Shown: positions 47,405-61,520 of the stretch, in pieces
Layout of the letters: each line of letters starts with the position of its first letter
Numbering within the stretch: the stretch's first letter is position 1
DNA from: Macrostomum lignano
Taxonomy: Eukaryota
Length of the DNA stretch: 64,000 bases
NCBI GenBank assembly: GCA_002269645.1
Contig: NIVC01000281.1
Coordinates: 19,809-83,808, forward strand
Reading direction: 5' to 3'
The notes under the pieces: generated by a model
Told to the model about the DNA's origin: nothing
The model's input: only the letters and a program-made list of their open reading frames with translations
Database searches by the model: none
Translations under genes and position numbers: made by a program

Positions 47405-50400
47405 AATTGGGCATTCTGGTATCATTTCAACATTTATAGAGTTTTAAATAACTTAGCCTATATTTAAAACAATATAATTTAGAGATGGTACAAAGGGCAC
47501 ATATTGGGTTTTTTGGGCCATACCTTAAAAATATTATTGCCAACTGGATTTTTGGCATCAGAGGCCAACCTGGCAACTTCATTTCCCCTATGCCAGTTGC
47601 CATTTTCAAAAAATGATTTTGTAAATATAATAAAAGTGCCATATAAATCTATATGATGGAATTGTTAGTTTGTTATTGTTTGCAGCATAGATAGCAATCT
47701 TAGAGTTAAGAGAACAAATTTCTGCTTTTCAAATATATGTAGCCTTGGAAATATCTATCCTCAACAAGAATTTGGCTAGGCTAGTTGCCAATGGGCAACC
47801 AAAAAAAGCCATTGGCAACTGGATTTTGAGCCCCAGGGGCTAGCTGGCAACTGGATTTTCAACCTTAAAAAACCCAGGGCACATACTGACATATATTCTT
47901 CAATTTAGATATTTTAAAGGTTTTTGTACATTAATTAAATATGATAATCAAAAGCAAAGATACTTTAGTACTAGTAGGTATAGTAATTAGCATTGTTAGG
48001 CTCATTAGTCATTGAATTATCCTACCAAATTCAACAGATAGCAGATAGGCTTATAGTTATAGCCTTAGCCTATAGTATAGATTATAGTCAAAGTATGTCC
48101 AAGACTGACAAAGAGCAATACCAATGTTGAATTGAATGAGTATTGATGAACACTGACCAAAAAATACAAATAATCCATCTAGTCATTATTATAGATAAGT
48201 ACTCATTTGAAATGAGTATAGTGAATCGAAACGACTAGATAGACTACCTGTAGATTTGCAGTCAACCGATAAAGGACTAAATGGCATAGGTGGGATGGAA
48301 CGGGAAGTTTGGCATATTTATCAATGTATGTATAGTTGCAATACGGGTTTAATGTAGACGTAGACACAGAAACAGGCATCTGCAGCTGTATTGCTAGGAC
48401 TTAATATATTTTCTGTTACGGCAATTCAAATATTACATAACTACGATTACGATTTCACAAACTGGATTTAGCACGATCACAGTTCTGATCACAGCTCTGA
48501 TTAACGCTAAGTTCGTGCTAGTGCTAGCAGCTAGCCGCGTGCGGACCTGTACAATTCAAAAAAGTAAAAAGAAAACGAATACAAACAAAGTCTTTTAATG
48601 CATCACACAAAATTGTATATCTGACGAAAATACTTATTATGAAAGTTTCTTTTATTTTATTTTGTCTGGTAAAATTTCATTAAGCCCAAGTTTTTTTCTC
48701 CGTTTGTGTCATTACAGCATTTTGAAGTCGCATGCCAGCTATTATTTAATTCCATTCCAAATGCACTCGAAAGAGGGTCGTTCTCAAAGCTAGGTCACAA
48801 CTTTTTGTTATTGCAAAAAAAGTTTATACATCGACCAATAATCGTACAAAAAAAATTATTTCGACAATTTCTGTAAGAAGCTGCTACTAAAACCACAAGA
48901 AAACTTGAAATTGAGAAGAAATCAAGGCTATTTGTTATTCTTTGTTGCGGAAAATAAACGACAAAAATATTAAAGAGAAAATAAAATTTTCTTCTATTTT
49001 TATTTTAAATATGCAGTTAAATTTCTTTTGGAAAAATAAAAGAACAAGAAATTGACAAAGGAAATGTTTTTGAGCACAGCATTTTGTTACTCTGCTCTAA
49101 ATCCCAGACATTTAAAATTATCGTGTGCGAAAAAGTGCGAAATTATTATAGCATGCACTCGAAAGGACTTCGATCAGTTTAACTAATCACTGAATTAAGA
49201 AGTCTAAATAAGTCTTGAAAAGTTGAATTAAAAATCAAGTTTTCACTATGTATCTTTTCAAAGTCAAGATGATTCGACAAATAAAGAATGTTCATTTTTA
49301 CGGTGAATAGAATTGTTCATTTTTACATTAAATATAATAAAATCTAACTAATAATAGAAAAAGTCAGGGAACTATCCTTGAACACCAAAAAGCACATTGT
49401 GGATTTAATATCAACTGCATGTTCCTTAATAAAGGAATTCGGATTCTAGTATATATTTGATTATTTGTAGCATAATTTCTGAAAACTATAACTTGCTTGA
49501 TTTTACTTTAAGTACTTATTACATTAATACTTATACCAAAGCTGCATGTACTTAAAATAAAAAATTATAGTTACTTATTAGACATTTTACTCCAATTAAC
49601 TTAAAATAATTCAAATTTATTTTAATCAATTCATTTTTTGAAACTTTTTGGAAAATAGACAAAATTGAATTATTTAATTACCAAAAACCTACTAGCTTAA
49701 CTAAAATAGCAGTTAGTCTTTAAAAAAAGATTTCACTTGTTAATTGAGAAAAATGAGGGTGTGCGAGGTGTAAAAATGCGAAAGAGCATGCAGGAAACAG
49801 AGACAAACAAAAATGTAGGTAAAAGACACTGCACATGCACATAATATGATAACCAGACATAATGCGCACACTGAAACACCAGTAGCAATGACGCCCAAGC
49901 TTTTGATGATCACAAGCGAAAAGGCAAAACCCAGCCATCAATCAAAGAAGTAGACTATAGCACGCATCTTGAGTGCATCACGCATTTTTTGCAGAGAAGC
50001 TCGAAAATTAACATTGTATTCTGTGCACAACCACCAACTGCGACAGGGTCTGCCGGGGGATTTGTGGGCACGCGGTCGCGGATACAAATCGGAGGAGTCG
50101 CTGACCATTCTGAAATTACTAGCTAGTACATGTAATTTTGTGTATTAATATATTTAGCCCGCTTTATTTCTATGCTCTCGTCCGCCTCTCGTTAATGCAT
50201 CCCCAGACTCATGGAATAATCAAACTTATGATCGAACTATGCATGGCTTCCGTCCCTCGCTTTGAATCTCTCACCTCCCCATAGTTCCATCAACCTTACC
50301 GTAGTGGCTTCCTATGCAAAAATCATCCCTCCGCATCTTACACAGGCTACTTCAGGCTGTAGACTGTACTACACTATTAATTAGTTGCGCTAAGGAATCT

Positions 50401-52647
50401 ACATGTATTTTGCTCGCAGCGCAACGCGCTGCTCAAAGAAGTTTAGATCTATCTAGATATTCTAGTAATTTCAGGTTTGTCCATAGACTAGAGCTCATGA
50501 GATGAGAATTCCATTAACTAGTACATTTAATATGAATGAACTGCGTGTGTGTGTGCTGTGCATACATATGTATAATATACGAGTAGTTTATGGGCCAAAT
50601 TATTGTGTGGCACAATTCTTGGCATCACTCAGCAGGCACAAGATGCAGTTAAGCAGCGCACGAAAATTCTACAAAAGAAATTGAGCCTGGTTGAGGTGAT
50701 GCGAGGAGGCAGATCCACACAATCTCAGTGAATACACCAGACTGCACCAGATACGAGTCCAGTCGAATGTGCGCACTGGTCTAAGCAGCACACGCATGTC
50801 CTTCTGACAATGACGGCACCTAGCTTCGTCCAAGCCTTTGCCAGCGTCACTGACAGCGTCAATACTACCATGCAGTGCCACCTGCAGCACCGACAACGGC
50901 AATTCCTCCAGTTAGCCCACAACAGTGGCTAAACTGAGGGACATGGAACCTACCCGCAGAAGACACACACATACACACACAGCACCGGCAGCAGCACTCT
51001 GACAGCATAACCTAAAGCTCCATGAGCTCAGTTTTCAAGCATTGAAGAAGCAGAAGCAGTCATCTTGAATCCAGGGATCAGGAAGAGTGTTGCATGTCCG
51101 ACATGTGCTGTTTCCGTGGCAAAAGGTGATGGAGCAAATTAATCAACACTTACTATCTAGCTCGTATTAAGACTAAAAAACTGAGGCAAGGTGGGATTAA
51201 ACCAAAGAAAAGTTTTTACTATACTTTTTTTACCATGTACTTTTACTATACTTCTATAGTATAGTAGAGAGGTACTCTATTTAAATGCAGTAAGAAGTGA
51301 AACAAATTTATATATTTAATTATTAAAATTAAATTAATTCAAGGTAAATAACTAATTTAACCAATTTATTAGAAGTATTTAATATTTTAATAAATTGATT
51401 TTTATACCTTACACGAAATAAGCTCTACATTCATTTCTTAGCTTGGGGCCCATCTGTATAAGGTCAGTTTCTTCAAAATGCTGATTAATTAATTAAGGCC
51501 TGTTGTCTTTACTTAAATTTATAAGGGCATCTTAGAAGTTAATATTACTATATAATACATGTATAATATTATTACTATATTATAATAATATAGTTGCAAT
51601 TTTAATGACTATTGAATAAGTCTAAATGCTTCCCCTATTGACTCTAAATATATGGTATCTTTACCTTCAGAAAAAATTAGCATAGAATGACTTGATGAAA
51701 ACAAAAAAAATCATTTCGAGATACACATTTGCTGATCATTCAGGTCAAATTTCAAGGTCCAGTTTTGCACATGTTTCTCTGTAGCTTGGTTACAAGGATT
51801 TTAATAAAAATATAATAAATATGTCCAATGTACTAACTGATACATAGCCAAATTGAAGTATTTTCAAAAACAAAAAAAATCATTTGCTCAGTTTACTTTA
51901 CTGGATATCTGTGTAAAATTTCAGCTCAAAAGGTGCTCCATGGAGAATGCTAGTGTGGTTACAGGATATTTATTTTGTGCTTCAAAGTAGGAGTTTATTG
52001 CGATGCATGGTTGCTTTTAATTATTTTTATCAACAATAGTGCTCTATTTCATAACAATTTTTTACAAAAAGATAAAAAGACATGTTTTTCTAATTATCTG
52101 CATCAAAATGTATCATTTTAAGCGCACATTCTAGACGTCAGCTGAAAAAATACATTTTGTGAGACGCAAAGAGGCTATCCCACCGGAAATGCTAGGCGTA
52201 CAGTTAAGCGTCTATAAAATCATTTATAGTGCAGTTTATTGAGCTTTAACAAAATCTTAAATTAAATTTATATAAGCTTTAATTTTAAATGTAATATAGC
52301 AAGGTTTCAACACAACAACAACTTTTTTTTAGCTACAGACATCTTGTAGTACCATAAAATTAACATCGGTGAAATGATTGAATTTGAATTTTTTCATCGC
52401 TAATTATCGCTTAATACCACCAGATGATTAAAAAACACTTTTGCATGATAAAGTTTAACCCAAAAATTATCTTTATTCACAGATAAAAGTGTCCTATTAT
52501 TTTCAATATGGCAGTAACAATAGTAAATGTTCGGAAAATTGTTAAAATTTTTGCTCCTCCTAGAATTTGCGAACGACCCAAGATCGGTTTAGTAAAAAAT
52601 AGTTGCTGAGCTGCAATTCTCGGCAAAATAACTACTATTGCTTTATA

Positions 52648-55600
52648 ATGGAAGGAAAGAGTATTGAAGATTTGATTCTTGAGCGATATGCTAATGAACT
52701 GAGTGCTGATCATTCCATGTCAAAAAGAGTGGAACGCTCTCCATACCAGCTTCCTCTCGGTCACTCAAATATTTTATCTTCGTACAAAACTCAACAAGGG
52801 TCGTGCAGCTCGATTAGAAGCCACAGAACGCGCTCAACAAAACCTGTCAGTGAAAGGTCGCGGTCAACAGATATTGGAAGAGCACCACCGCACACTCCAA
52901 CAAAGGAATCGGAGGCAAGTTTGAGACAAGCTCCTATACCTGCTAATAGGCGAAACAGTGGTTCCAGCGGACATTTTATGGCTAAAGGCTTAGAAAAAGA
53001 CGAACTTGACTTGACTCCGCTACAAAATAGCCAAGATTTAAACTCCACGAAAGACGAATCTGCTCGTCATAGTCGTCTATCCACAGGTCGAAAAAAGACA
53101 AAGACAAGAGCTAGTTATCTACTGAAGCCAGCAGTTTACGTCGTTAATGCATTCAAGAATGGAGACACTTCCACAAGCCACAGAGTTTCTGCGCCAAACT
53201 TTGAGAGGCTGCTTGAGGAGTGTACACAGCGTCTGCATTTACCATCTTCTGCAAGAAAGCTGTTTCTGTCTTCAGGAGCAGAAGTAACTAAAGACAGCAT
53301 TTTGCCTAGAGGAATCGATGTATTCGCATCTATGGGAGAGCCTTTTAAGGATCCATTAAAGATGTTTGAAAAGAAGCTCAGTATAAAGGCCGATATGCAG
53401 TGGACTCTCACTGGTCTAAATCTTCCAAGTGGTCGCGAGAAGGAGACAACAAAGCCGTTGATTGGTTCTACAAGATTGGAGGGAAACCGAGCAGCAAAGA
53501 GACGAATTCTAGCCTTTCCGAACGGTAAGGGCATTAAGGGTGTGGAGGTAATGGCTGATATGACCAACATGGAAGATTTCTTGCAGAGCTGCACTTTCAA
53601 ACTTAAGTCCGGCCAGCCGTTCCGTCGTGTACTTCTCCTAGACGGCCAAGAAGTTACCAACTTGCACACTGTGCCAATGCTTCATCATTTCTTTAACTCA
53701 TCCAGTGCACCACTTTTAGGCCCCGTGTGGCTCAGTAAGGGAGAAAATATCAGTCCAATGGGAGTAGAGGAGTACCTAAGAGATTCGATCGAATTTGTTG
53801 CAAGGCTAAAGTCGCAGTGCAACAAATACTTGGCACAGTTGAATGCTGCCTACTATTGTGACAACAGATCAAGTATCGCCGGAGATCCCCAACTGACAGA
53901 CAAGCGAATTCTGTCATTATCAAAAAAGGAGTTAGAGCAGAATATCGCCAAGGAAACTGAGAATCATGATGAATATGTTGCTTTCCTGACTGAGTTCAAA
54001 GCCAAAGTAAGAGCCGTCGAGCCCAAAGCGAGATCTGAGCTTGAGGAAGGCAGTCAGTTCACAATGAAACACATATCTGCGTTGCCTGAGAACCACAGGC
54101 TCGTCTCCGATAGACGTGGCATCCGACTAAAAGTCCACAACAACGGACGAGACTCCGATCCAGTCACTGTGTATTTCAACATGCGCGAGGCATCCAGAGG
54201 CCTTGGTAAAGACAGGGACGGGACGCGAATAGTCTTCCAGCGTTTCCTGGACAGCTTGTCAGCTAATCCACAGTTGGCTGGCCAGAGCAGCAAGTCCAAA
54301 GGTACCCTCGTTCAGCGCATCTTTACTAAGTCCGGTCAGGAGGTAACCGACGCTCTCACGCTGCAATACGATGATGAGATTTGGATCTCGCACGGTGAAA
54401 ACTGGATTGACCCGTTCACTTACTGCCTGCAGGCCGAGGTCAGCAGAATAACGGCGTGGAAAAAGGGGGCCGCCCGCTTTGCGGTCCGATCGGACATTCC
54501 GCACATTGACGACTCTCTGGAACGACCCTCGGCCTGGGATGCTCAATGGCAGCTTCCAGACGACGTCGAACAACTGACGCTTGAAGAAGATGAAGAAGAA
54601 GAAGCGGAGGAAGAATATGTCTGCGACTTTGAAGATGAAGATGGCGAAGAGATTGCTGCGGCTGCACCTGGTGCAACAAAAGAACCCATCAAGCCTCCCG
54701 AAGGTTCAGTGCCGATAGAGAGCTGCTTCCTGCAGCATAGCCGAAATCGGAAACTGTGTCTCTTTGTCGAGCCCGTTGTCGGCGTCATGAAAGTGCCTCA
54801 CGAGTCGGCGATAGCCAAGAGCGATGACCATCAACAGACTCGCCCTGTGCTGCCAGTCTGGCCAAAGGCAGGTATTGCGCAGTCGTGGGTCATTCACAAG
54901 TCAGGTCAAATATCTGTTAAAGGATTTCCCGGCCTTGCTCTTGCCGTCACTGACTACGAGATTGAAACTGACCTAAATGGAGTTCGAATTCGAGGCAGCT
55001 TAGTGCAGTTCTGTCCGTTCGAACGCGACGAGTTTCAGGTGCGCGCGTCGCAGCGGTGGATTTTCCACACAGACGGGCTCGTCTATTCCAAACAGTTTCC
55101 CGAGCTGGCGCTAACCTATCTGGGTGGATCGATTGACGAGTTGAGCTCGTGTCCGAAGAATGAGCTCGATCGCGATTCTGGACATCGAAATCTTCTGGCA
55201 GTCTGTGAGCACCTGGAATCTCGCCTAGCCAAGTACCAGCGATTCGGTATTCGACTGCAAAAGCTTGGCAACCTGAGCCAGCTGAGAAAGGCGGCGAGGT
55301 ACAGGGACCCAGCCTGGAGCAAGTTGGCCATCGTGTGGCCTACCGATCAGCGGGGCCACTGGATCGAAGATTACGACTGGCCAATCGAAGGTCAAATTCT
55401 GACATTCGCGCCGCCATTAAAATACAAGCCTGAAGCGGAGCAGCGGAAACGATTGTTTTGCCTGAAGAACGGCGAGCGGAAGGAGGAAGTCGGGGTTTTC
55501 ATAACTGCACCCGATCTCACAAATATGAAAAAGGATCGCCAGCTGCTGAAGCGTCAGACAACAAAGACAAGACGAATCCGACATTCGTCTTTACTCAGCG

Positions 55601-58600
55601 ACGCGGCCTCAACGGTGACGGCTGACGAATTTCAGCCTGGCGAAACCGAGCAGAAAGTGAGTGAAGTGCAATTTCAAATCTTTCTGGAGTCCTGCACTAC
55701 GAAGCTCGGACTGAACGCTGAGGCCAAAAGACTTTTCGACCGGAACGGGTTTGAGCACAAGTCCCTGAAGCAGCTGGAGAGCGATCAAGTAGTGTACATC
55801 TCGACCGGCGAGGATTGGATTGATCCGAAGTTTACAAAGTCGCAGCTGGAAGCACGATCGCTACTTTCTAAGCTATCCGATGATGTCGACAAGATAAGGT
55901 GCTTTGTTGCCCTAAGAAAAAGCACTCAAAATTTGGCTCTAAGCACCGAGAGCTTGACCCCTAGTGCTCGAATCTGTGTCGTAAAGGACGCTTCTGTCGC
56001 TTCTGTCGACGACTCAAACTATGCTGCTGCCGGCAGATTGGGTAACGGAGTTCGTGACAGCGAAGACGGCAAGCTCAACAAGCTCCGCTGGCCATGGGAA
56101 AGGATAGTTAGCCCGAGTTTGATGATGGCGCTCCCAGGCGTCGCCGCTTCGGCAGTCGAGATGGCGATGCGCTGAAGCAGTTCGGCTACGAAGACGGCTA
56201 CATCTATTCATTGGAGGACTGCGGCCTCGTGCTGACGGCGGTCGACACTGGCGTCAAAAGCGGCCTGGAAGTTACCCTGCAGCGCCGGCGACCGGACAAT
56301 GTCTATCAGCGTTGGCAGCTCAGCCCCAGCGGCTTCATCGTTTTAAAATACCAATCAGGCAGCGCGCTGACGTTGCAGCTGCCTAAAGTGTCCGCCTCCC
56401 AACCTGTGGACACCGAGGCCGCCGTATTGACTGTGCAACCGCAGGTTCCAAATCAGTTTGGTCGCGCGCATCAACTGTTTGCAGTCGATGAAGCCAGCAG
56501 TACAGTCAGATGCTTTGCCTCCAACCCATTAGACATTGCAGTTACTGTTGCTATTCACTGCGGCTGCTGTACAAGCAGTGTAGTGCTGCCGAAGGACTAC
56601 GCAATTGATCAGCCAGGCTACACTGTGTACTTGCCTGTAGAACACCGATTGCAGAATTCGCGACGCGACGAAGCGCGGATGAAGTGCTGCGAGGTGTGCG
56701 CCGGCTGCGCCAAGTCGCTTCGTGGCCGCTACAAGCTGCAGAGGATCGGTGCGGCAGCGCGCGGCGCCGATTTTGCGTGCGCTTTCGCTCAGGCTGGCGC
56801 GCTCGGCCTGAAAGAGACCGGCGCTTATCGCCTACTCGGCGGAAAGCTCGATCTCACAGAGGGTGAAGATGTAGCAACTCTGAGGCGATGGGAAAGCGAG
56901 CTGGAAGAGAGACGGCAAAACCTTTCACTGAAGGCGATCAACGAGCGACTGTCCGAGGCGCGAACTCCCCGCCCTATTCGAGTGCTGGCCTACCGCAACG
57001 GCGAGGGGCGCCAGCGGCCGCCAGTTCTTGCCACAGGTTCAAGCATTGCCGGCCTGATGGACCAGTGCACACTCAAGCTGAACACGGAAGAGCCAGTGCT
57101 GCGGCTGTTCCTTGAAGACGGCACGGAGGTGCTTGAGATTGCTGAACTCCGTCGCTGGCGAAGCGCCAATGCTAAGCTGGTGCGCAGACGTCAGCGGGAG
57201 GTGGCGCGTCAGCGTGGCGCAGCTCCCAAGACTGAAGCCAGCAATGACGAGGACGATTCTCAAAGCGATGACGAGAATCAGACTCAACAAGCCAAGGAGG
57301 ACGACCTCGAGCCGAGGTTGACGTCCAAATATTTCATAATCGGCTCAAAATTCGCGGCTCCCTCGGCTTACAACCTGGGCATCAGCCTGTACTCAATGAG
57401 CTTCTTGGATGAGATTCTGCCCGAGTCTGAGCAAACTGATGAAGCCAGACAGTTAGCGGTTAGGTACAGCATATTCGGCCAGACCCTCTGCACCGATCCA
57501 TTTTCTAACGAGGAGACGTTCGAGGGAGAGAAGCGCGAGATCCTGGTCAAATCCGAGCTCCAGATTCTGCGCCGCTACTTCGGCGAGAAGTTTCGCCTGC
57601 TGAAACTGGACCTGATCGAGCTGACGCCGGAGGAGGAGTCTGTGCTGGCCACCTGCTACGTGCCGCTCGACAGTCTGATCCGCGAGGAGCACGAAGAGTT
57701 CATCAACTCAACCAAGATGGCTGCTGACTATGCCTGGTACAGGAAGTCTGCCAGGAAGCCAAATGGCGAGAGAACTCACGCCTCGATGCACGTGGAGGTC
57801 AGCATCACCGTCTCGATTGACGTCGATGTCGACGACGACGACGATGAAGAAGAAGACGGAAAAAACGAAGACAAAGAGCAGCCGAGCAGCAAGAAGGATG
57901 AGGCCTCTGTTGAGGATGAAGACACCATCGTCGAGGTCTGGGCTTCCATCGGTGAAGATTTCGTGCACCCAAAGAAGGCGCCGCCCAGACGGTCGGGCGA
58001 TGACGCAGCGGCCGCGGCCGCAGCAGTCGCCAACGCCACCGTCGGCCACGTCAGCCCGGAGCCGCGACTCGTGCGCCTTCGCGTCTACCCGAATGGTGAA
58101 AATCCAACGTCATCGGCGGTGACCATCTGGGCCGAGTCGGTGCCGCAGGCGCTTGAGAATGCCACCGCCAGGTTGGGGCTCCGCCGTCCCGGTCGGGTTC
58201 TCTACGATTCTGAAGGCCGCGAGCTGCACGACCCGCTGACAGAGCTGTCCTCTTCGAGCTGCTGTGCTGCGTGTCTTCCGGCGAGCCCTTCCAGCCGCCG
58301 CCTTCGTCTAAGCGGTGGGTTACAGAACTTGTTCGCTGTAAAATTACCACTTTACAGGCTAGCCTTTTAATGTAATCTCAGTTGGTCCCTGTAAGCTTTG
58401 GGCACTGCTATATGTACGCACGCACAGACTCAGATAGGCACTTCTATCCACGTGACATTTTCTAATGTTAAGTCGATGGCCTGTAATTGGAGCAATAGCC
58501 TTGGAACACTTGCCCATCTGAGCAATGGGCATATTGAGTTGATACTGCTCTGACGTCTAATATTGTAGGACAAATAGTCGTCCGACTGAGAGCCCATGAG

Positions 58601-59019
58601 AGCCAAAGTCAAGGCCGCTGTACACCCCAGCTTACCCGCCAAATTTCAGCCCGACATCGCACCATTCTGCGCAGCCTCCGCCGCCGCCGCCAACATTCGA
58701 CACGAAGCGTGTCCTTGTGAGCGCCAGGCGCGGCGACACCGGCGCCGTGACCGTCTGGGGCGACTCGCTGGAGGCGCTGCTGAAGGCGGCCACCCAGCGG
58801 CTGCGACTGCGCACGCCAGCGGTCAGTTTTTATCGCGCCGACGACGGCAGCAGGGTGGAGAGTTTTGCGGAAATCTCGCGCGACGAGCGCCTGCTGATCT
58901 CGGCGCCGTCCTCCTCCGTTGCGACTGTTGCTGGCGCTGCGGCCAAGGGGAACTCTCCAGCGCCTGGTGCTGCTTCAGTCACCAATACTACGCGTACTAC
59001 TTTAGGTAGTGTCTGGTAG
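52648..59019 (+). CDS. DCDC1: DCDC1-like protein (about 6 doublecortin-like domains plus ricin-type beta-trefoil repeats), ~2012 aa after correcting two 1-nt deletions
   Basis: Repeated DCX-like units (AFKNGD...ASMGEPF, VHNNG...ISHGENW, CLKNGE...ISTGEDW, AYRNGE...ASIGEDF, VYPNGE...VSSGEPF) and QxW ricin-like repeats. Exon 52648-58314, intron 58315-58649 (phase 2, GT-AG), exon 58650-59019. Frame breaks near 56113 and 58250. Confidence 0.78.
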
Positions 59020-59111
59020 CAGAAATTTGGCAAATGAATTTTATTGCATAAATTGCAATTGTTTTACTTATACCCTGAACTGAACTGTTGAATTAGATGG
59101 TTATTGCGCAT

Positions 59112-59470
59112 CTATAATAATAATTTAATAACTGATTACACCTGCACTAATGGCCAGATGTGCAACCGACAGCTCAGCCGAGGTTATTGCGCGGCGCACT
59201 GCGCGGCTGCGTACGGCTGTTCAGTCCAAGGACTGGGGGGGGGGGTCGCCACACACACCCTAAATTACCCCAGCTAATGCTGGCACCCATTTTACAGCTG
59301 GGTGAACTGAAGCAATGCAGAGTTAAATGCAGAGTTAATGCAGAGTTAAAAAAGCTCAAAGACACAAATTGTTCCAAGTGAGTTTAGGTGGAGAAAGGTG
59401 GAGAATCGAACCCCCGACCTTTCAGTAGTCGTGAGTATAGGGTACGACCCCCCTACAGCTACATCGCATC
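59112..59470 (-). mobile_element. tRNA-derived SINE with a CORE (MIR-like) central domain
   Basis: Minus strand: A-box-like TAGCTGTAGGGG, B box GGTTCGATTCT, CORE-like TTAACTCTGCATTGCTTCAGTTCACCCAGCTGTAAAATGGG (59326-59286), and an (ATT)n-like tail. Confidence 0.65.
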
Positions 59471-59989
59471 TACAACGACAGAAGCATATTCACCCAATTA
59501 CTTGGCACCTCTGCTATTCTATGTTACCTTATTTATACTACAGTGTATTTTGTCTTCAATGCTTTGCATGCTGCTAACACTATACTCAATATTTGCCTAT
59601 CTGTGAATATTATACTCGTATTTTACTATTCTGATCGATAAAAACGCACAATTTCAACAACTCAGTAAATCCAGTTAATAACAGCATTCGTTGCCATATT
59701 GCAATTGATATAAAATTGGTTATCCTTGTCGCACCTGCTGACAGAATTGATGTCTCTGCAGTCGTCAGGATTCTCTGCAACGCACTCCGCTTTGTAGTGA
59801 AGCGGCGCGATTTTGTTTGCTTTGTTTGTTTTGTTTGAAAATATATGACTAAACCATGGCTGTCTTGTTTTGCCGATGGTAGCACATCTCTGTCCTAACG
59901 TAAATACTATTTGTGATATGCTACGAGTAGTGCGGACCGTTTTTTAATAGCTATTTTTCGTTGCAAGAAAGGAATGTAAAAGACTTTTA

Positions 59990-61006
59990 GGGTAGCTAGA
60001 GCTGGTAGCTAGAGCTGGTAGCTATAGCTGATAGCTTGAACTGGTAGCTAGAGCTGGTAGCTAGAGCTGGTAGCAAGAGCTGGTATCTAGAGCTGGTAGC
60101 TAGAGCTGGTATATAGAGCTGGTAGCTAGAGCTGGTATCTAGAGCTGGTAGCTAGAGCTGGTAGATAGAGCTGGTAGCTAGAGCTGGTAGCTAGAGCTGG
60201 TAGCTAGAGCTAGTAGATAGAGCTGGTAGCTAGAGCTGGTATCTAGAGCTGGTAGCTAGAGCTGGTATATAGAGCTGGTAGCTAGAGCTGGTATCTAGAG
60301 CTGGTAGCTAGAGCTGGTAGATAGAGCTGGTAGCTAGAGCTGGTAGCTAGAGCTGGTAGCTAGAGCTGGTATATAGAGCTGGTAGCAAGAGCTGGTATCT
60401 AGAGCTGGTAGCTAGAGCTGGTATATAGAGCTGGTAGCAAGAGCTGGTATATAGAGCTGGTAGCTAGAGCTGGTATCTAGAGCTGGTAGCTAGAGCTGGT
60501 AGCTAGAGCTGGTATATAGAGCTGGTAGCTAGAGCTGGTATCTAGAGCTGGTAGCTAGAGCTGGTAGCTAGAGCAGGTATATAGAGCTGGTAGATAGAGC
60601 TGGTAGCTAGGGCTGGTAGATAGAGCTGGTAGCTAGAGCTGGTAGATAGAGCTGGTAGCTAGAGCTGGTATATAGAGCTGGTAGCTAGAGCTGGTATATA
60701 GAGCTGGTAGCTAGAGCTGGTATATAGAGCTGGTAGCAAGAGCAGGTATATAGAGCTGGTAGCTAGAGCTGGTATCTAGAGCTGGTAGCTAGAGCTGGTA
60801 GCTAGAGCAGGTATATAGAGCTGATAGATAGAGCTGGTAGCTAGAGCTGGTAGCTAGAGCAGGTATATAGAGCTGGTAGATAGAGCTGGTAGCTAGAGCT
60901 GGTAGCTAGAGCAGGTATATAGAGCTGATAGAGCTGGTAGCTAGAGCTGGTAGCTAGAGCAGGGATATAGAGCTGGTAGATAGAGCTGGTAGATAGAGCT
61001 GGTAGG
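59990..61006. repeat. 13-bp minisatellite (AGAGCTGGTAGCT and variants)
   Basis: Directly visible. Confidence 0.95.
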
Positions 61007-61520
61007 TTCATCACCTATAAATAAAAGTTCCTAAAATGATCCAGACGACGCGTTTTGTCATGTCTCAGAGAAGTGTATTGTTCATTGTGAACAATTGTTC
61101 AGGCAATGAATTCACATATCACGCCCTTAATCTTGCTAAAAATTCTACTTAGATTCAATCCCATTAGCAACCTTTTTTGTCCTCTGTGGATTATAGCCAA
61201 TGCAAATTATTTCGCAGCGACCAGAAGTTGTTCGCACGATATGGGACACAGGACTCTCGTTTATCGGAGTCCTTGACTCTGGGCCGAGGCGAGCTCGAAT
61301 TGTTATTATGCAAAATAGGATCGGCTTTGAGTGGACAGGGTCGCGGACTTTGGGCCGGTCGTCCATGGGTTAGCGAAATTTGAATAAAAGTCTAATTGCA
61401 TGCTTGGCACCGAGTGCTGCGTGTGCAGCCTGTGTGCTTTGCTTACCCGCGGCCTGTACATTTATTGCTTAACGGAATATTTACTCAGCATTCTGGGGAG
61501 TCATGAGTCTTGTGACTTGT

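Noticed and set aside
48345-48405. VDTETGICSC as a SWIM zinc-finger fragment of a MULE transposase
   Set aside because: Only about 15 codons before a stop, the closing CxH is missing, and there is no other transposase sequence
50640-51140. Coding-like remnant with CPTC, and a similar remnant at 63190-63400
   Set aside because: Multiple stops in all frames and no recognisable family
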